NCBI GenBank assembly: GCA_045802645.1 | Contig: JBJMQQ010000121.1 | Coordinates: forward strand, 3,547-67,546 | Source: Polyangia bacterium | GTDB lineage: Bacteria; Myxococcota_A; Polyangia; Fen-1088 | Direction: 5' to 3' | Length of the DNA stretch: 64,000 nt | Shown: positions 27,829-37,335 of the stretch, piece by piece | Layout: each line of letters starts with the position of its first letter | Numbering within the stretch: the stretch's first letter is position 1 | Made by a program: the position numbers and the translations under genes | The notes under the pieces: generated by a model | Seen by the model: the letters and a program-made list of their open reading frames with translations, nothing else | The model's database searches: none | Told to the model about the DNA's origin: nothing

Positions 27829-28547
27829 TCGCCCTCCGCCTCGCCGCGATCGATCGCGTCCAGCGCCGCCGCCGCCGCGCTCTGCTCGGCCTCTTTCTTC
27901 GAGCGACCGGTGGCGCGTCCCAGGGCGCGGCCAGCAATGGTGAGCGCGACCTCGAACCGCTTGTCGTGATCGGGTCCGCTCGCGCCCACGACCTCGTAGA
28001 CGGGCGCCACCTGCCACAGCGCCTGCGCCCGCTCTTGCAGCCGCGACTTGAAGTCCAGGCGCGCGTGTCGCGGTAGGTCCCGGAGCTCGGGCTGGAACAG
28101 GCGCGCCGCGATCCCCCGGGCTGCCTCGAGGCCGGCGTCGAGATAGACGGCGCCGACCAGCGCCTCCAGTGCGTTGGCCAGGATCGACGGCCGCGTGCGC
28201 CCGCCTGTTTTTTCTTCGCCACGCCCCAGCAGCACGAACCGCCCCAGGTCCAGCAGCGCCGCGGCTCGCGCCAGGCCGCCCTCGCTGACCAGCGCGGCCC
28301 GCGCCCGACTGAGCTCGCCTTCGGGCGCGTCGGGGAGCTGCGCCATCAGCAGATCGCTGGTCACCAGCGCGAGCACCGCGTCGCCCAGGAACTCGAGACG
28401 CTCGTTGTCGGCGCGCCCGGCGAGCGCGGCCTCGTTGAGCCACGACGTGTGCGTCAGCGCCGTGTCCAGCAAGCTGCGGTCGCGGAAACGGTGCCCCAGC
28501 CGCTGCTCCAGCTCGGCGGCCTCGGCGGCTTGTTCTGCTCTCTCCAT
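27825..28547 (-). CDS. rnc: Ribonuclease III
   Basis: In-frame ATG 28547 (MERAEQ...). RNase III signature NERLEFLGDAVL and a C-terminal dsRBD (GPDHDKRFEV...GRSKKEAEQSAA). 240 aa. Confidence 0.9.
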   Translation of the reverse strand: MERAEQAAEAAELEQRLGHRFRDRSLLDTALTHTSWLNEAALAGRADNERLEFLGDAVLALVTSDLLMAQLPDAPEGELSRARAALVSEGGLARAAALLDLGRFVLLGRGEEKTGGRTRPSILANALEALVGAVYLDAGLEAARGIAARLFQPELRDLPRHARLDFKSRLQERAQALWQVAPVYEVVGASGPDHDKRFEVALTIAGRALGRATGRSKKEAEQSAAAAALDAIDRGEAEGE

Positions 28548-28551
28548 GTCT

Positions 28552-30768
28552 TCAGCCGGCGATCCAGCCGCCACCGAGAACGCGGTCGTCGCCGTCGTAG
28601 AACACTGCCGCCTGGCCCGGGGCGACACCGAAGGCGGGCGCGTCCAGACGCACCAGCGCGATCCCCTCCTCGCCCGGTTCAATCCAGCCGGGCGCCGGCG
28701 GCGCGTGGTGGCGAATCTGCACCGCGCAGCGACGCTTGGCGCCGGCGGCTGTCCGGTCCAACCAGCGGACGTCGGCGACCCGCAGATGGTCTTGCCCGAG
28801 GCGCGTGCGCGGCCCGACGCGGACCTCGCCCGTCGCCGCGTCGATGCGCAGCACGAAGCGCCGCTCGCCGGCGCCGCCCGGGAGGCCGCGCCGCTGGCCA
28901 ATCGTGAAGCTGTGCGTGCCGCCGTGCCCGGACAGAGGCGCGCCCGTCTCGTCGTCGACGATCACGCCGGCCGGCCCGGCGCCTCCGCGCGCCGCCACAA
29001 AGGCCTGATGATCGCCGTCGGGGATGAAGCAGATCTGCTGGGAGTCCGGCTTGTCCGCATTCGGCAGACCGTGGCGGCGGGCCAGCGCCCGGACTTCGTC
29101 CTTGGTCAGCTCGCCGAGGGGGAACGAGACCCGGGCCAGGACCTCTGGCCGAACGCCGAACAGAAAATACGACTGGTCCTTGCTGGCGTCGCGCGCCCGG
29201 GCCAGCGCCGGACCGCCGGCCTGCGGGACGAGGCGGGCGTAGTGGCCGGTGGCCAGGACGTCTGCGCGGACGGCGTCCGCGAACGCCAGCAGCGGGCCGA
29301 ACTTGATCTTCTCGTTGCAGCGCACGCACGGGTTGGGCGTGCGCCCGGCGCGGTGCTCGGCCACGAAGTCGTCGATCACCGCGGCTGAAAACGCCGCGCT
29401 CTCGTCGATGACGTGATGGGGAATGCCCAGCCGGGCGGCGGTCGCGCGCGCGTCCTCGATGTCGCGCGGCCCGCAGCAACGCCCACCCACGCTGGCCGCC
29501 GTGCCGCTGGCGTCGTAGAGGCGCAGCGTGACGCCGACGACCTGGTGTCCCGCTTCGACGAGAAGCGCGGCGGCAGTCGACGAATCGACGCCACCGGACA
29601 TCGCGACGACTACGCGGGGCTTCGCAGTCACGACCACCGACGGGCCAGCGCCCTGGCCGCGGGCCCGGACGCGCGCGACGATGTCGGTCGTCAGGGCGGC
29701 GGCCCGGTCGACGTCGGCCTCCGTCGTGCCGCGGCCGAGTCCGAAACGCACCGCGGACGCCGCCTCTTCTCGCGAACGGCCCAGCGCCAGCAGAACGGGT
29801 GACGGCTCCAGCGACGCCGAGCTGCAGGCCGCGCCGGTCGACACGCACACGCCCTCCAGATCCAGCGCCGCCGCGATCAGCTGGCCCGGCGCCCCGGCGA
29901 ACGCGACGTTCAGCGTACCGGGCAGCGCGTGCGCGGCGTTGCCGTTGCGGCGTGCACCGGTGATCGCCAGCAGCCGCTGAGCCAGACGGTCGCGCAATCC
30001 TGCGACGCGCGCCGCGTCGGCGGTCAGCGCGTCGCGCGCGAGCCGCGCCGCGACGCCGAAGCCGACGATCCCGGCGACGTTCTCGGTGCCCGCGCGCCGT
30101 TCGCGCTCCTGATGGCCACCCCGCAGCATCGGCTCGAACGGCAGCCCGCGCCGGATGAACAGCGCTCCGACTCCCTTCGGCCCGTGAATCTTGTGGGCGG
30201 AGACCGCCAGCGTGTCGACGCCCAGCCGCCGGACGTCGACCGGGACCTTGCCCGCCGCCTGAACGGCGTCGCTGTGAACCGCCGCGCCCGCCGCCCGCGC
30301 GATGGCCGCGCAAGCCGCGACGTCGGTGACGTTGCCCAGCTCGTGGTTCGCCAGCGCCAGCGCGACAAGGGCAGTGGCCTGTCCGACCAGCGGCCCCAGC
30401 GCGGCCGGATCGATCTCCCCCTCGGGACCAACGGGCGCCCAGATGACGTCGGCCTCACCCAGCGCGCCCAGCACCGAGGGGTGCTCGATCGGCGACGTGA
30501 TCGCCTGACCGCCGCCGCGCGCGCGCATGGTTCCGCGAATCGCGAGATCGTTGCTCTCGGTGCCGCCCGACGTGAAGACGAGCTCCTCGGGCGATGCGCC
30601 GATCAGCGCCGCGACCTCCGCCCGGGCCTGCTCGACCGCCTCGCGCGCCGCCCGCCCGGCCGCGTGTGTGCTGGAGGCGTTGCCGGGCAGATCGCGCAGA
30701 GCCTCCGTCATCGCCTCCAGAACCTCCGGGGCAAGCGGCGTCGTCGCGTTGTGGTCCAGGTCGATCAT
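28552..30768 (-). CDS. mnmA: Continuous ORF encoding cysteine desulfurase (NifS/IscS class V) fused in frame to tRNA 2-thiouridine synthase MnmA
   Basis: The start ATG 30768 (MIDLDHNATTP) has an ATGA overlap with the ferredoxin stop. Desulfurase motifs are SAHKIHGPKG (PLP Lys) and STGAACSS (active Cys). With no stop in between, the MnmA part follows: PRVVVAMSGGVDSS (PP-loop) and RCNEKIKF. In-frame GTG codons at the junction (VVVTAKPR) could also start a separate MnmA. Confidence 0.8.
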   Translation of the reverse strand: MIDLDHNATTPLAPEVLEAMTEALRDLPGNASSTHAAGRAAREAVEQARAEVAALIGASPEELVFTSGGTESNDLAIRGTMRARGGGQAITSPIEHPSVLGALGEADVIWAPVGPEGEIDPAALGPLVGQATALVALALANHELGNVTDVAACAAIARAAGAAVHSDAVQAAGKVPVDVRRLGVDTLAVSAHKIHGPKGVGALFIRRGLPFEPMLRGGHQERERRAGTENVAGIVGFGVAARLARDALTADAARVAGLRDRLAQRLLAITGARRNGNAAHALPGTLNVAFAGAPGQLIAAALDLEGVCVSTGAACSSASLEPSPVLLALGRSREEAASAVRFGLGRGTTEADVDRAAALTTDIVARVRARGQGAGPSVVVTAKPRVVVAMSGGVDSSTAAALLVEAGHQVVGVTLRLYDASGTAASVGGRCCGPRDIEDARATAARLGIPHHVIDESAAFSAAVIDDFVAEHRAGRTPNPCVRCNEKIKFGPLLAFADAVRADVLATGHYARLVPQAGGPALARARDASKDQSYFLFGVRPEVLARVSFPLGELTKDEVRALARRHGLPNADKPDSQQICFIPDGDHQAFVAARGGAGPAGVIVDDETGAPLSGHGGTHSFTIGQRRGLPGGAGERRFVLRIDAATGEVRVGPRTRLGQDHLRVADVRWLDRTAAGAKRRCAVQIRHHAPPAPGWIEPGEEGIALVRLDAPAFGVAPGQAAVFYDGDDRVLGGGWIAG

Positions 30769-31121
30769 CGCGGGGGTTTCTTGTGTGAGCCGATCGGGAT
30801 GGGCGGCAGGTTGGTCAGCGCGCGAACCGCCATGCCGCCCACCAGGTGCCGCTCGACCACCCGATCGACGTCCTCGAGAGTCATGTGATTGTAAAGGACG
30901 CCGCCCCCCGACGCTCCCCCGAGCCCCGCCAGGGCCGCGTCCCCCTCCGCGACCAGGATGTTCGGACCGCGCAAGCAGTGACCCAGGCAGATCTCTTCGC
31001 GCACCGACACCCGGTCCCCCAGCCCCTCCGCCGCGACGCGCGCGGCAAGGTGCTCCAGCAATTGCGTCGCGCCGCGCCGGTCGCCGCAAACGGGCCCCCG
31101 GCAGACGATGACGTTCAGCAT
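30765..31121 (-). CDS. Thioredoxin-like [2Fe-2S] ferredoxin
   Basis: Cys pattern C-x4-C (VCRGPVCGD) ... C-x3-C (CLGHCLRGP). ATG 31121 overlaps the upstream TGA (TGATG); an alternative GTG lies at 31124. Confidence 0.7.
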   Translation of the reverse strand: MLNVIVCRGPVCGDRRGATQLLEHLAARVAAEGLGDRVSVREEICLGHCLRGPNILVAEGDAALAGLGGASGGGVLYNHMTLEDVDRVVERHLVGGMAVRALTNLPPIPIGSHKKPPR

Positions 31122-32950
31122 CACCGCCGCGCGTCGACTCGCGGCGCAGTCTCGTTCAGGGCGCGCGTCAGGTGCGTCCGCAGGCCGGCGACGGTGTGCG
31201 GTTCCTCGGCGACGAACAGCAGCAGCTCCCGGTCCTCGGTCCCGCCCAACCGCAGCAACGCCTCGGACGCGGCGATCAGCGCCGCGGGGTCCCGGTCGTA
31301 GACCGGGTCGGAACGGTACATGCTCAGGAAATCGCGCAGCGCGCCGGTCGAGTCGGTCGCACCCGTCTGCACCAGCGCCCGCGCAATCTCGGCGGCGGCC
31401 GCGGGCGGCGTCTCCGGCAACGCCAGGTGCGCCTCGAGATCGGGCGTCACCGACCGTCCGATGGGTCCCAGCGCGCCGATGGCCCGGGCCAGGACCTCGA
31501 CCGGGGGCGGCGAGCGCTTCTCGCAGTAATCGGCGTGCGCGCGCAGCGCCGCCTTGTAGAGGTCCAACGCGCCGGCGTCACGGCGGCCGATCAGCATCTC
31601 GCCGGCCTTCTGCTGCGCCATCGACGCCGTCTTCGGGTCCGTTAGAAGCTCGAGCAGCTTGGTCGTGACCGACCGCCCCGACTGGCGCCCCAGCTCCTCG
31701 ACGGCGAACAGCTTCAACGCCGGGAAGCGCTGGTCCGGGTCCGCGATGATCCCGGTCAGCGTCGCCGTCACGTCCGGCGCGTGCGCGGCCTGCGCCATCG
31801 CGGGACTGGGCGTGAACGCTTCCGCGTCGAACGACGCGCCCCGGACCACCTCGCCCGGCAGCGACGCCTCGTAGACGCGCGCACCCGTCAGAGGATCCAG
31901 CGCCGCCAGCTCGCCGGCGACGGTGGCGTACAGGATCACCTTGCCGGTGTCCGCCGACGCGACGGCGTCCGTGGGGCTGGAATACGCCCATCGCAGCGCG
32001 CCCGACGTGGCGTCGAACGCGAAGAAAAATCGGTAGTCGTGGACGAAGGCCAGCCCGTCGCGGAACTGCGGCCGCCCGCCGTCCAGGGTCACCCGCCACA
32101 GCACGCGGTTGCGATCGATGGCCGAGTACTCGGTCTGTTCGGGCCGGTAGAAGTCGTAGTCGTACGTCGGGCGCACGAAGGCCGGCAGGTGCGCGGTCAA
32201 GTACCCGGGCGAGCGGCGTGAGCCGCGCGCGGTGTCACGACCCATCAGGAACACGCCGCGCGAGCCGTAGAACAGGCCCTCGGGCAGCGCGCGCACGAAC
32301 GTCGCGGCCTCTTCCGTCGACAGCACCTGTCCGACGGGCGCGCCGGTCGCGCCGTCATAGAGCAGGACGTACTGGGACTCCGCCGGCACCGCCACCAGGC
32401 CGCCGCGCGCGGCGGGCGCCGCGACCCGCGCCGACGGCAGCGCCTGCTCCCAGCGACGCGCACCCGTGCGGCCGTCCAGGGCGGTGAGGCGCCCGGCCGG
32501 CTTGCCGCCAGAGGTCGCGACCCGCTCGACGACGTAGACCTGATCGCCGTCCAGGGCGTACCCGAACAGCTCTTCCGACGACGCGATCGGGTGCTGCCAC
32601 AGGACTGCGCCGGAGCCGAGGTCGCGTCCGACGATCTGCCCGTTGGGCGACGCCGGCGGCGTGGCCTTGCTGCCGTGCACCAGCACGCTGGCGCCGGACA
32701 CCACGCGAACGGTCACGTCGGCCGGCTGCGTCCACAGCACGCGCGAGGCACTCAGGTCGTAGGCCGCCAGCCGCGGTCCGGCCGCCCCGCCCAGAACCAG
32801 GAACGCCAGGCTGCGCGGACCCGTCTGGGGTGGTCGCGAGCGTGACACCGCGGCGGCGACGTCATCGCCGTTACCCGCGCGCTGGTAGGGGCTGCCCGCG
32901 CAGCCCGCCGCGACCAGCGCCGCCACGAAGGTCAGCTGGCCGCGCGTCAC
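31121..32950 (-). CDS. Lipoprotein with PQQ-like/BamB-like beta-propeller N-domain and HEAT-like C-domain
   Basis: Lipobox FVAALVAAGC|A. Repeated propeller-blade motifs are SRVLWTQP, GAVLWQHP, GARRWEQA, RVLWRVT and GALRWAYS. The helical C-terminus (LLELLTDPK..., ARAIGALG...) looks HEAT-like. Confidence 0.65.
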   Translation of the reverse strand: MTRGQLTFVAALVAAGCAGSPYQRAGNGDDVAAAVSRSRPPQTGPRSLAFLVLGGAAGPRLAAYDLSASRVLWTQPADVTVRVVSGASVLVHGSKATPPASPNGQIVGRDLGSGAVLWQHPIASSEELFGYALDGDQVYVVERVATSGGKPAGRLTALDGRTGARRWEQALPSARVAAPAARGGLVAVPAESQYVLLYDGATGAPVGQVLSTEEAATFVRALPEGLFYGSRGVFLMGRDTARGSRRSPGYLTAHLPAFVRPTYDYDFYRPEQTEYSAIDRNRVLWRVTLDGGRPQFRDGLAFVHDYRFFFAFDATSGALRWAYSSPTDAVASADTGKVILYATVAGELAALDPLTGARVYEASLPGEVVRGASFDAEAFTPSPAMAQAAHAPDVTATLTGIIADPDQRFPALKLFAVEELGRQSGRSVTTKLLELLTDPKTASMAQQKAGEMLIGRRDAGALDLYKAALRAHADYCEKRSPPPVEVLARAIGALGPIGRSVTPDLEAHLALPETPPAAAAEIARALVQTGATDSTGALRDFLSMYRSDPVYDRDPAALIAASEALLRLGGTEDRELLLFVAEEPHTVAGLRTHLTRALNETAPRVDARR

Positions 32951-33858
32951 GGCGTCGTCCCCCGCTCTTGCAGCAACTTCTGCGCTTCCTTCTTCGAGGC
33001 GCGGTCCTCCTTGGCGGGGACCGACGCGAGGTACTCGGCCAGCGCGGTCGTGGCCACGGCGCCTGAAAGCCGGCCAATCGTGCGCAGCACGTCGATGCGC
33101 AGCTTCTCCGGGACGTCGGAACGCTTCACGTACTCACCCAGCGTGTTGGCGACGATCTCGTCGTCGATCGTCCCGGCCAGCTCGGCGATGCGCGGCACCA
33201 GGTCCGGGCTCGCCAGCGCGGCCAGCGCGGCGCCGACGCCGGCGTCCCCGCGCGACAGGAGCGCGAACAGCCGAGGGACCGCCTTGGTGTCGCGGCGCGC
33301 CGCCAGGGCGTCGGCGGCTGCCGCGCGCACGTCCGGCGCCGCGTCGCCCAGCCGCTCGAGCAACGTGGCGGTCACGTGCGGGTCGGGTACGCTGGCCAGC
33401 GCCTTGACGGCCCGCCGCCGGATGTCCGGCGACCGGTGTCCCGCATACAGCGTCAGCGCGTCGATGACGGCCTGGTCCGCGCGCAGCGCGTGGGCCTCGC
33501 CCAGCTTCGCGAACGCGTCCAGCACCGCCTGGACGCGCACGGCGCGCCCCCCTTCTGCCAGGACCTCCAGCAGCGGCTCGGCCGCACGCGGCGTTTTCGC
33601 CTCGCCCAGCTTGGCGGCCGCCTCGGTCGCGGCCTCGTCGTCGGCGCCGATCAGCGCCTGGCGCAGCGATTCAATCTGGGCGGCCGGCAAACCCGCCGCT
33701 TCGGCAGCCGCCGACCCGCTGTCCGTCGGCTTTTCCGTCGACTTCTCCGTCGACTTCTCCTTCTTGCCCGCGCGCGCGGCCCAGGCGGGCGCCGCGCACA
33801 CCAGAGCGCAGACCACGACCAGCGCCACGCCGCCACGACGAATGCGCGGCGCTCTCAC
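32947..33858 (-). CDS. Secreted HEAT-repeat protein
   Basis: Signal peptide VALVVVCALVCAAPAWA, a short EKSTEKSTEKPT tandem, and repeated PRAAEPLLEVLAEG / RRRAVKALASV / VRAAAADALAAR HEAT-type units. The stop overlaps the next start. Confidence 0.65.
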   Translation of the reverse strand: MRAPRIRRGGVALVVVCALVCAAPAWAARAGKKEKSTEKSTEKPTDSGSAAAEAAGLPAAQIESLRQALIGADDEAATEAAAKLGEAKTPRAAEPLLEVLAEGGRAVRVQAVLDAFAKLGEAHALRADQAVIDALTLYAGHRSPDIRRRAVKALASVPDPHVTATLLERLGDAAPDVRAAAADALAARRDTKAVPRLFALLSRGDAGVGAALAALASPDLVPRIAELAGTIDDEIVANTLGEYVKRSDVPEKLRIDVLRTIGRLSGAVATTALAEYLASVPAKEDRASKKEAQKLLQERGTTP

Positions 33859-33871
33859 GGGCAGCGTCGCC

Positions 33872-34420
33872 TCACTTACCGCGGGCCTCCGAGTCCGAGA
33901 ACTCGACCTTGCCGCTGTAGTTGGCGCCCTTGCCCAGCAACCAGAAGCTGGTCGTCGCGATCACGCGGCCGCGCGACTCGATCGTCATCATGTAGCGCTT
34001 GCGGACGTCGAACTCCGGCTTGGCCAGCGTGATGCTGGACCCGAAGATGCGTGAGCCGCGCTCGCGCGTGTACTGCGGATCGCCGGCGACGAACTTCTTG
34101 CCGCCCGCGGTGATGTCGTAGAACTTCACCTGGATCTCGCTGTCGTCGAGCGGCTGCGAGAAGAACGCCAGGTACTCGAGGTTCCAGCTCCCCTTGTCGG
34201 CGCCGCTCTCTTCGGTGGGCCAGATCTTGTCGATCTTGTTCTTCTGCAGCGCGCTGACGAAGGCGCCCGACGACGAGAAGCGCATGGGCAACCGGTTCTT
34301 CGTGATGATGATCTTGCCCTTGAAGACGTCCTCGGGCTTACCGGCCGCGCTGGGGCGCGCGACAGCCATGAGGACGAGGGCCAGAACGGTTCCGAACCGG
34401 AGCGCAAATCTCTTGTGCAT
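33872..34420 (-). CDS. Secreted hypothetical protein (Lys-rich, lower-GC codons)
   Basis: GGGAG lies 9 nt upstream of ATG 34420. Signal peptide FGTVLALVLMAVARPSAA|G. No family recognised. Confidence 0.65.
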   Translation of the reverse strand: MHKRFALRFGTVLALVLMAVARPSAAGKPEDVFKGKIIITKNRLPMRFSSSGAFVSALQKNKIDKIWPTEESGADKGSWNLEYLAFFSQPLDDSEIQVKFYDITAGGKKFVAGDPQYTRERGSRIFGSSITLAKPEFDVRKRYMMTIESRGRVIATTSFWLLGKGANYSGKVEFSDSEARGK

Positions 34421-34492
34421 CTAAGGGAGCTCCCGCGCCGTCGGCGCTGTGGTGAAACGGGGCCCGATATTAGGCGAAGACCGCCGCGGATT

Positions 34493-34528
34493 GCCAGCCC
34501 GAGAGCCTCTGACCTGGCTCTGGCTGGC
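34493..34528 (-). terminator. Hairpin immediately after the stop of gene 34532-35503
   Basis: GCCAGCCCGAGAGCC (34493-34507) pairs with GGCTCTGGCTGGC (34516-34528) with a 2-nt bulge and an 8-nt loop, 3 nt from the stop codon. There is no U-tract. Confidence 0.35.
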
Positions 34529-34531
34529 GGT

Positions 34532-35503
34532 TCAGGCGCCCGGCTTGCCGTTGCTGGCCGCCGCCGCCCCACCCTTGAACAGCGCCTCGAGCTTCGCGGC
34601 CTGCGCCGCGTCCATGTCGCTCTTTTCCTTGGCCAGCCGCAGAACGTCGCGGCCGACCAGCTTGTACAGCTCCAGCATCTCGGGCGCGCGCGCCTGCAGC
34701 GTCTTGAGGTGCCGCTCGACGGACGCGACGTCCCCCCGCTCGACCGGCCCGGTCAGGGCGCCCGGCAGGCCGACGTGGGCCAGGTTCTGGACCACGCTGG
34801 ACAGCAGCGGAATCAGCACGGGCAGCGCCTGGTCGGCGGGGACGCCCGCCTTCATCAGCAGCGACTGCGCCATGTCGGCCAGCGCCACGACGTAGTTCGA
34901 CGCCATCACCGCGCCCGCATGGTAGAGCGTCAGGTTCTCGGCCTCCAGGAACACCGCGCGCGCGCCCAGGGAGCGGACGATCTTCTTGGCCGTCGCGCGC
35001 GCCAGCTCGTCGCCCTCGATGCCGAACGCGACCTCGCGCAGCCCCTCGACGGCGACGCGCGCGTCGGCGAACGACACCAGCGGGTGCAGCGTCCCGACGG
35101 CCCGGACGTGCCCCACCGCCGGCGCCAGGATCGTGCGCGCCGGGTAGGCGCCCGAGGTGTGCAGAAGGATCTGCTCGCGGCGCAGGCGCTTTTCGCGAAC
35201 CAGCCGCTCGGCGACCTCGGGCACGCGCTCGTCGCGGACCGAGATGATGATGACGTCGGACTGCGAGAGGATCTCGGGGATCTCGTCGGAGGTCGCTACC
35301 ACGCCCGAGATGGCGCGGGCGGCGTCGCTCAGCTCTCGCTGGCGGCCGTGAAGCCCCGTCACCGGGAGCCCGGCCCGCACGAGGCGGGCGGCCAGCGCGG
35401 TGCCGACGACTCCGGCGCCCATCACGAACACCGACGGCGTCGGCTCGGCAGGGCCTTCGGCGGCTGCCCGGGCGTTCACTTCAGCTTCGGACATGTAGCT
35501 CAT
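34532..35503 (-). CDS. Rossmann-fold NAD(P)-binding protein (DUF2520 / ProC-like oxidoreductase family)
   Basis: N-terminal dinucleotide-binding motif VFVMGAGVVGTALA. The overall pattern resembles DUF2520-type proteins. The start overlaps the nadD stop. Confidence 0.55.
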   Translation of the reverse strand: MSYMSEAEVNARAAAEGPAEPTPSVFVMGAGVVGTALAARLVRAGLPVTGLHGRQRELSDAARAISGVVATSDEIPEILSQSDVIIISVRDERVPEVAERLVREKRLRREQILLHTSGAYPARTILAPAVGHVRAVGTLHPLVSFADARVAVEGLREVAFGIEGDELARATAKKIVRSLGARAVFLEAENLTLYHAGAVMASNYVVALADMAQSLLMKAGVPADQALPVLIPLLSSVVQNLAHVGLPGALTGPVERGDVASVERHLKTLQARAPEMLELYKLVGRDVLRLAKEKSDMDAAQAAKLEALFKGGAAAASNGKPGA

Positions 35504-36069
35504 GCGAATTCCTCGCCAGCCTTATACAGGTTGTGCGTCGAGATGTAATCGAGAACCGCGCGCGGAACCAACCCGCGCACATCGCCACCGGCGGCCAGAG
35601 CCGCCCGCACCTGCCGCGAGCTCACCGCCGGTAACGCGACGGGCGCGACCTGCGCGTCCGGGCTGGCGAAGCCCGCCCGCCCGACGACGATGAACGGCAC
35701 GGTGCGCTGCAGCTCGGCGCCACCCAACCAGGACGGAACCTCGGCCAGCAGGTCGGCGCCGATCACCAGGGAGAAGGTCGTGCCGGGGTGGTCCTGCTGC
35801 AGGCGCCGGATCGTCCGGAGTGTGCGGCTCTCTTCGCCAAGGTCGCGCTCGATCGCGCTCACCCGGACGCGCGGCCCCAGCGCCGCCGCCGCCGCCTCGC
35901 ACATCGCCAGCCGATCCGCGAAGGGGGCCAGCGTCTTGCCGAACGCATGTCGCACCGCGGGCACCAGCCAGAGCTCGTCGACGGGCGCCGTCTCTAGGAC
36001 GTAGAGCGCCGCCATCTGATGCGCGACGTGGGGCGGGTTGAAGCTGCCGCCGAAGATCGCGACCCGCAT
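35500..36069 (-). CDS. nadD: Nicotinate-nucleotide adenylyltransferase
   Basis: MRVAIFGGSFNPPHVAH (GxFxPxHxxH nucleotidyltransferase motif), 189 aa. It lies 2 nt downstream of the preceding gene. Confidence 0.85.
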   Translation of the reverse strand: MRVAIFGGSFNPPHVAHQMAALYVLETAPVDELWLVPAVRHAFGKTLAPFADRLAMCEAAAAALGPRVRVSAIERDLGEESRTLRTIRRLQQDHPGTTFSLVIGADLLAEVPSWLGGAELQRTVPFIVVGRAGFASPDAQVAPVALPAVSSRQVRAALAAGGDVRGLVPRAVLDYISTHNLYKAGEEFA

Positions 36070-36071
36070 CG

Positions 36072-37271
36072 TCAGGCGTAGTCGGCGACCAAAGCCGGCC
36101 GCCGGACCTCCGCGAACGTCCGCTCGAAGTTGGCATCCTCAGCCAGGACCTCGGCCAGCGGCGTGCCGCTGTCGATGGCGCGCCGCACCCGGTCGTCGCC
36201 CGTCAGAAGGTCGATGGCGGGCGGGTCGGTCACGAACTCGTACGGCTCGGTTCGCCACCGGAAGTCCCCCGGCGACAGCCGGCGCGCGGCCGCGATCAGC
36301 GCCAGCCCGGTGGCATAGGGCCGGAACGCCGCCGGGTCGGTCACATGTAGCTGGACACCGCCGCAGGACCGCCCCGCGAACTTGTGAAACGTGGGCCGGA
36401 ACGAGAGCGGCCGCAGGCGCAACCCCGGCGACGCCGCGGCGTCGGCCCAGGCGTAGCCGTCCAGGAACGGCGCCCCGACCAGCTCGAACGGGCGCGTGGT
36501 GCCCCGCCCCTCCGACAGATTCGTGGCTTCGAAGAGGCACTGCCCCGGATAGACCAGCGCCGTGTCGGGCGTCGGCATGTTGGGCGACGGCATCACCCAG
36601 GGGAGGCCAGTCTCGGCGAACTTCATCGGGCGCCGCCAACCGCGCATCGGGATCACCGTCAGATCGCCGTCCAGGGGGCGGGCGAACCGCGCGTCGCCGG
36701 CCCACGTCATCCCGGCGGCGCGCAGGCGCGCAATCTCGGCGATCGTGAGGCCGTGGCGGACCGGCACGGGGCACAGGCCGACGAAAGAACGGAAGCGCTC
36801 GCCGACGGAACCGCCTTCGATGGCGACGCCGCCCAGCGGGTTCGGGCGGTCGAGCACGACCACCGCCACGCCGGCCGCGAACGCGGCCTCCAGCGACAGC
36901 ACCATCGTCCAGACGTAGGTGTAGTAGCGGCTGCCGACGTCCTGCAGGTCGATGACCAGCACGTCGATCTCCGCCAGGTGCTCGGGCCGGGGCGCCAGTG
37001 ATTCGAACGTCGAGCCATAGAGACTGGCCACGGGAATGCCGGTGCGACTGTCCTCGTCGTCGCCGACCCCGATCATGTCCTGCGCCTCGCCGCGGACGCC
37101 GTGCTCGGGCCCGAACAGACGCGCCGGGCGCACGCCGGCCTGGATCAGCCGGTCGACCGCGTGCGTGAGATCGCCCGCGATGCTGGCCGGATGACAGAGC
37201 ACCCCCACCCTCCGGCCGCGCAGCAGCGCCAGCCGCTCCCGGCACAGCACATCGAGACCACTCTCGACCAT
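36072..37271 (-). CDS. DUF1343 family protein (exo-beta-N-acetylmuramidase NamZ-like)
   Basis: GLDVLCRERLALLRGRRVGVLCHPAS...LFGPEHG is typical of DUF1343. I prefer ATG 37271 (AAGGAC 3 nt upstream). The longest ORF start, 37367, would overlap the divergent gene. Confidence 0.7.
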   Translation of the reverse strand: MVESGLDVLCRERLALLRGRRVGVLCHPASIAGDLTHAVDRLIQAGVRPARLFGPEHGVRGEAQDMIGVGDDEDSRTGIPVASLYGSTFESLAPRPEHLAEIDVLVIDLQDVGSRYYTYVWTMVLSLEAAFAAGVAVVVLDRPNPLGGVAIEGGSVGERFRSFVGLCPVPVRHGLTIAEIARLRAAGMTWAGDARFARPLDGDLTVIPMRGWRRPMKFAETGLPWVMPSPNMPTPDTALVYPGQCLFEATNLSEGRGTTRPFELVGAPFLDGYAWADAAASPGLRLRPLSFRPTFHKFAGRSCGGVQLHVTDPAAFRPYATGLALIAAARRLSPGDFRWRTEPYEFVTDPPAIDLLTGDDRVRRAIDSGTPLAEVLAEDANFERTFAEVRRPALVADYA

Positions 37272-37335
37272 CCCGTCCTTATACAGCGCGGACGGGACCA
37301 CCGGGAAGATCTCCCCCGGCGGTCGTTCTCGGCGC

